Program-made: the position numbers and the translations under genes | Notes under the pieces: generated by a model | What the model was told of the DNA's origin: nothing | Seen by the model: only the letters and a program-made list of their open reading frames with translations | The model's database searches: none | Part shown: positions 25,010-30,300 of the stretch, in pieces | How positions within the stretch are numbered: the first letter of the stretch is position 1 | Layout of the letters: each line of letters starts with the position of its first letter | Assembly (NCBI GenBank): GCA_028279745.1 | Contig: JANQNC010000001.1 | Span: forward strand, 120,001-152,000 | DNA from: Candidatus Nanoarchaeia archaeon | GTDB taxonomy: Archaea; Nanobdellota; Nanobdellia; Woesearchaeales; JANQNC01 | Length of the DNA stretch: 32,000 nucleotides | Direction of reading: 5' to 3'

Positions 25010-25927
25010 ATGATAGATGTTGTATTGTTAACATTAGGATTATTGGGGCTGATAGTAGGTTCTATCACAGACATAAAAACAAGAGAAGTACCCGATTGGG
25101 TAAACTATTCTCTGATAGGATCGGGATTAGGATTAAGATTATTGTATTCAGTATCTAGTTTTGACTTTGGTTATTTCTTATGGGGGTTAGCAGGCTTTGG
25201 AATCTTTTTTGCATTGGCTTGGATAATGTATTATACTGGGCAATGGGGTGGAGGAGATTCAAAAATGTTAATGGGAATGGGCGCATTATTTGGAACATAT
25301 CCTGAATTCTTGTTTAAAGTGTTTAACCCTAAACTAAGTCATATCTTGTTGCCTGAAGTCTTGAATAATTCACTAAGTTTCTTACTGGCATTCTTAGTCA
25401 ATCTCTTATTTGTAGGTGCAATCTATGGCTTGTTTTGGAGTATCGGTCTGTCGATCAAGAACAGAAAGAAGTTCATGGTTGATTTTAAGAAAAGGATGAA
25501 AGTAAAGAAAGTAGTTGTGTTAAGAAGAGTGATTTTGATTTTAGGCTTGTTAATTTTGTTATCAATATTATTTGTTACTAATGCAGTTTATCAAGTGCTG
25601 GCATTAATAGGTGTGTTTGTTGCTTTGTTAACATTCTATGTCTGGGCTTATGTCAAGAGTGTGGAGAATGTCTGTATGTATAAGACAGTAAGTGCAACAA
25701 AAGTAACTGAAGGAGATTGGATAGCAGAAGATGTAATGCATGATGGAAAGAAAGTTTATTCTGCAAATCAGTTGGGCATAGAAAAGAAAGATATGTTGAA
25801 ATTGGTTAAGTTAAAAGTTAAAAAAGTTGTAGTGAAGGAAGGAATACCATTTGTGCCTTCATTTTTAGTTTCATTTATTATTTCTTTAACGTTGGGGAAT
25901 TTGATGTTTTTGATGCTTAAATTTTAG
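25010..25927 (+). CDS. A24-family prepilin/preflagellin (class III signal) peptidase
   Basis: 305 aa, polytopic. Catalytic Asp motifs GSITDIKTREVPDW and WGGGDSKMLMGMGALFG. TATA box TTTATAAG 31 nt upstream. Confidence 0.8.
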   Translation: MIDVVLLTLGLLGLIVGSITDIKTREVPDWVNYSLIGSGLGLRLLYSVSSFDFGYFLWGLAGFGIFFALAWIMYYTGQWGGGDSKMLMGMGALFGTYPEFLFKVFNPKLSHILLPEVLNNSLSFLLAFLVNLLFVGAIYGLFWSIGLSIKNRKKFMVDFKKRMKVKKVVVLRRVILILGLLILLSILFVTNAVYQVLALIGVFVALLTFYVWAYVKSVENVCMYKTVSATKVTEGDWIAEDVMHDGKKVYSANQLGIEKKDMLKLVKLKVKKVVVKEGIPFVPSFLVSFIISLTLGNLMFLMLKF

Positions 25928-25963
25928 AAAGGTATTTAAACAGAAAGTGCCAGTATAGGGCTT

Positions 25964-26467
25964 ATGAAGTATGTATTAGCGATATTGATTCTTCTTATGG
26001 TTACAGTTGTAGTTGCACAACCAAGACCGCCTCTTGATTGTGCGGAACAAGGAATGGTGCATGTAGGTAATTGTAGAACTTATGATGGGGATCCATCATG
26101 TGAAAACTATTATTCAGACAACATTTCAATATATGGAAAGAACCGATCCTGTATTGTGAGTGGAAACTTCTGTATTGAGGGCGGAACTTATTGTAGTGAT
26201 GGTGTTGATTGTTATGATTTAACTTATGTTTCAGAATGTCCCGCTGTCGATTCTCAAGCTTGTTTAGAATACTATACTGATAACTATGGGGCTCTGCCTT
26301 ACAATGTAACTTGTTTTGATGATGATGGATGTAATATAAGAGTTGGAGATATATGCTTTAATGGTTTAGGGTCTGAGAGTGAGATACCTGAGTTCGGAAG
26401 CAGTGCAATGATTATAGTTGTGTTAGTTGCAGTTGTTGCAGGATTTGTATTTGTTAAGAAAAAATAA
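25964..26467 (+). CDS. Cys-rich secreted protein with PEF-CTERM-like sorting tail
   Basis: 167 aa. Signal peptide, 12 Cys, two C-x-[NE]-YY-[ST]-DN repeats. C-terminus EIPEFGSSAMIIVVLVAVVAGFVFVKKK has a PEF motif, a TM helix and a basic tail. TATA box 29 nt upstream. Confidence 0.6.
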   Translation: MKYVLAILILLMVTVVVAQPRPPLDCAEQGMVHVGNCRTYDGDPSCENYYSDNISIYGKNRSCIVSGNFCIEGGTYCSDGVDCYDLTYVSECPAVDSQACLEYYTDNYGALPYNVTCFDDDGCNIRVGDICFNGLGSESEIPEFGSSAMIIVVLVAVVAGFVFVKKK

Positions 26468-27055
26468 TTAAGGAATTCTTTCTAAAGTTTTATTGAGATT
26501 ACTTTCTTCTTTAACTTCTTCTTTCTTCTCTTCCTTAATCTCAATAGGCTTAGCTTTAACCTCTCCAATTTGGATTGGTTTAGAATTAATCTTATCAAAT
26601 AATTTTGCTAAGTCTTCATCAGCAATCTTTTGAGGATTCCAACTAAACTGTAATCCATCATTTTCAGTTCTAGGAATAACGTGAATAATAAAATGTGGTG
26701 CCCTTTGATCTGCAGCAGGACCGTTTTGTATTAAGATATTCGTACCTTGAATGTTCATAGTCTCAAATAAGTTGTTAGTTATGGCTTTAGAAACTCGAGT
26801 CATAATTGCGAGAGTTTCTTCAGGAACCTGACTAATGATCTGATAATGTTCTTTAGGAATTACAAGAATATGGCCTGGGCTAGCAGGATTTATGTCTAAT
26901 ATTGCTATGCAAACCTCATCTTCGTATAATTTCTTAGCAGGAATCTTTCCACCTACAATCATACAAAAAGGACAGTTCTGTTTCTGTAATTCTGCCAACT
27001 TTTCAGGAGGTAAATCCTTTAGTTGTTGTTCTTGTTCTGGTGTCAATTCAGGCAT
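26468..27055 (-). CDS. HIT-family protein with K/E-rich C-terminal extension; middle His of the triad replaced by Ile
   Basis: CPFCMIVGGKIPAKKLYEDEVCIAILDINPASPGHILVIPKEH, then NGPAADQRAPHFIIHVIPR. Codons at 26681-26695 read CAT TTT ATT ATT CAC on the minus strand. Confidence 0.8.
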   Translation of the reverse strand: MPELTPEQEQQLKDLPPEKLAELQKQNCPFCMIVGGKIPAKKLYEDEVCIAILDINPASPGHILVIPKEHYQIISQVPEETLAIMTRVSKAITNNLFETMNIQGTNILIQNGPAADQRAPHFIIHVIPRTENDGLQFSWNPQKIADEDLAKLFDKINSKPIQIGEVKAKPIEIKEEKKEEVKEESNLNKTLERIP

Positions 27056-27130
27056 TTTAAGAAATTGTGATTGAATTCATTTAATAATTTTGCTAATTTA
27101 TACTTGATACACCAAAACCTTTATAAATCC

Positions 27131-27156
27131 TTAATAAGAATTATAATTCTTAATAA
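27131..27156. promoter_or_regulatory. 26-nt near-perfect palindrome (perfect 18-nt core TAAGAATTATAATTCTTA) over the predicted TSS of the RHH gene; candidate operator
   Basis: Checked base by base, with one mismatched pair. The TATA box TTTATAAA at 27120-27127 sits immediately upstream. Confidence 0.45.
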
Positions 27157-27172
27157 AATAAGGGGTGTTTGG

Positions 27173-27358
27173 GTGAAAAAAGCATTAGCAGTAAGTTTAG
27201 ACAAGGAATTAATAGATTGGATAAACTCAAAAGCAAATTCTAAAGGATTCAGAAATAGATCACACTTAGTAGAAGAAGCAATAAACAAATTCAAGAATGA
27301 AATAACTGGAGAAAATAAAGCATTAGCTGAGAATGAGGAGGAAGCAGATGAAGAGTAA
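27173..27358 (+). CDS. ribbon-helix-helix (CopG/Arc-like) DNA-binding protein
   Basis: 61 aa from GTG 27173 (AAGGGGTG SD upstream). VKKALAVSLDKELIDWINSKANSKGFRNRSHLVEEAINKF fits a beta-strand, helix, helix layout, followed by an acidic tail. The N-terminal 34 codons in the track cover the promoter and are rejected. Confidence 0.6.
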   Translation: MKKALAVSLDKELIDWINSKANSKGFRNRSHLVEEAINKFKNEITGENKALAENEEEADEE

Positions 27359-30300
27359 ACTAATGCTTTGGATGTTAGTAATGTTCTCATTAGTTGGTTC
27401 TGCTTTAGCTGTTAATGTAGCACTAGAAGCACCAGTAACTTGCGAATCAAAATTTGGTGGAGCAAGTTTAGCATTCTACTGCAACAATTCAGTAGACGGA
27501 GTCAAAGGAACATCAAGCTTTGATGAATGGGCGGCAGACGGAAACCCAAACGCAACAAGAGAGATATGGGTAAATATTTCATTTGTTCCTTCTGCAAACA
27601 TAGATGAGATATGGATATACCCTAGAAAGGATTATACGCAAAATGATGGGATCAATGATTCTTACATCAGGTTCTCAGACCTATCAACCTACCGAACAGG
27701 ACAGATCGCAGGCAGCTTTAGTGTACCTCACAAATTCAACACAACAGACTTTGGAACAAAAGACAACATCCAGTGGTTAGAGTTTGTAATCAACGGGTCA
27801 GAACCCGGAGGAAATGTAGGGTTGTCAGAAATAGAAGTCTTTGGAGAATTTTTAGAAGCATGTAAAACAATAAATTCAGCAGGAACACATAAACTCTTTG
27901 AAGATGCAGAGTCTAACGGGACATGTATAACAGTAAATGCTTCGTCTGTAACTGTAAATTGTCAAGACTTTACAATAACTGGAAACGGAACAGGCTATGG
28001 AGTTACAGCATCAGGAGTGTCAAATGTAGTTGTAGAGAATTGTACTTTTGTTAACTTTAGTTCAGGAATAAACTTTAATGGCAATAGTGGCGATTCAGTA
28101 ATAAGGAACAATTTATTCTCTGGTTCTGGAAGTTCAGGTATAAGGATTGCCGGAGCAGATACAATCAATGTAACCAATAATACCTTCGAGGACAACCATC
28201 ATGGAATAGTGGTCAGTTCAGCATACGGTATGTACATAGAAAGAAATGACATAAGAAACAGCACAAGCAGAGGAGTTTACCTGTTTAACACATTTAACAC
28301 AACACTCTTCCTGAACAATGTATACTATAACTTAGTCGGGTTATTCTTGGATCCTTCATATAATAACCAGATAATAGAAAACCAAATCTTTGGAAATGCA
28401 GATGCAGGTTTGGAGTTAGTAGATTCTTACAACAACACCGTAATCAATAACACATTCTACAACAACACTAAAGGTGTGTCACTTAATCTATCAGAGAATA
28501 ACACATTTGTTAATAACAATTTATTTGAAAACTATGTTTCATTCTTACTATTTGGATTCTCATCAGGAAATAATTTATCAAATAACAGCATAGATTCAAC
28601 TGTGTTGGCAAATTTAACTCAAGCAGAAAATTTGACAGCACAATTCAACTATTGGAACACAACAAACGCAACAGAGATAGTAGCAAGAATGTTTGACTAC
28701 CATTTCCATAACTCATTAGGATTTGTTGATTTCTGTCCTTATCTGAATGAAACATTTGAAATCGACAGCGGTAATTATTTGATCGGGTCAGAACTATTTG
28801 GGGTGACAAACTATAACTGCTGTGACACAGAGGATTATTGTATCTCATCAAGCGGGGAATGCATAGCAGAAGGAGAGATACTAAACGGATATGAGTGTCA
28901 AGATGGAGGAATATGGCAAAGCATATGTGGATTGCCTTTAGACCCAGATACAGTTCTAGAACTAACAGGAGAGATAAGTTGTGCAGGCGATGGAATTGTA
29001 TTAGATAATAACTCATTCCTTAACTGTACAGACGCAGTGATAGTAGGAGACGGAACAGGATCAGGAATAGTGATGAATGATGTATTCAACACAACAGTAC
29101 AAGGATGTAATGTTACAAATTTCACAACAGGAATAAAAATAGATCCATCATTCAATAACACACTAATACAAAACAACATTTATGCAAACTCAGTTGCAGG
29201 ATTAGACTTATATGATTCTTATAACAACACAATCTTCAACAATACAATTTTCAATAATAGCCAATATGGGTTGGGATTGAATAATTCAGACGGCAACTTG
29301 ATTTATACAAATACTATTTTCAATAACTCATTAGCAGTAAGAGTTGTAGAAGGATCATCAGATAACAACTTCACAAATAACACCGTAGATGATACATCAC
29401 TAGTTAATCTGTCACAGGCAGATGATTTCTCAGCAGAGCTAAACTATTGGGGAACAGATTTAACTGCAACAATAGCGAATAGTGTTATGGATCTGTTTGA
29501 TAATGCAGCTTATGGAATTGTAGACTTTTGTCCTTACCTAAACAGCACAGGAACAGTTACAGGTGACTTAGTTATAGAATCAGTTCAAGGACCTAGTGTG
29601 TATTGGGGATGTTGTGACGATAGCACAAACTGTGTAAACTCTTCTGGAGAATGTGTAAGTTTCGGATCAATGGAAAATGATTATCTGTGTGTAGGTGATA
29701 ATGACTGGGCAGACTTAGGGGGTGTGTGTGAGGAAGATGTTGTAAACATAACATATCCTGCAGCATCTGAAACAGTTAATGATACGCTAAACATAACCTT
29801 TGTGCTTGATAGTTCTTTAGCACCATATGATGCACACTATGCAGTAGATGGGGGAGATTGGATTAATTGTACAGACGATTGTATATGGAATACCTCACAA
29901 TGGGAAGATGGAGAACATATGATACAAATCAATGATCCAGCACAAGACTGTGCAAAATCAAGACTAAGATTAGTTGTAACGGATAACTACTTAGAAACTT
30001 ATTTGGTCAATATTACTTCACCATTAGCTTCAGAAGTTGTAAATGAAACAGTAAATGTAACATTTGATGTTGATTCATCATTATTGCCTTACGATGCACA
30101 CCTAGCGATAGACGGAGGAGATTGGATCAACTGTTCAGGAGATTATTGTGAATGGGATACAACCTCAGAAGACGATGGGGAACACATAATACAACTCAAC
30201 GATCCAAATCAACAATCTGCAGAATCAAGAATAAGATTAATACTTGTTAATAACTTAGGAACAACAATGCCTAATGGTTCTATCTTTATCAACAATACAT

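Noticed and set aside
27071-27172. 34-codon N-terminal extension of the RHH ORF (MNSFNNFANLYLIHQ...)
   Set aside because: It would translate through the TATA box and the palindromic operator. GTG 27173 has a good SD box and yields a standard-size RHH protein.
27173-27358. RHH gene as the antitoxin of a toxin-antitoxin pair
   Set aside because: The overlapping downstream gene is a signal-peptide-bearing giant surface protein, not a small toxin. The divergent HIT gene is also not a known toxin partner.
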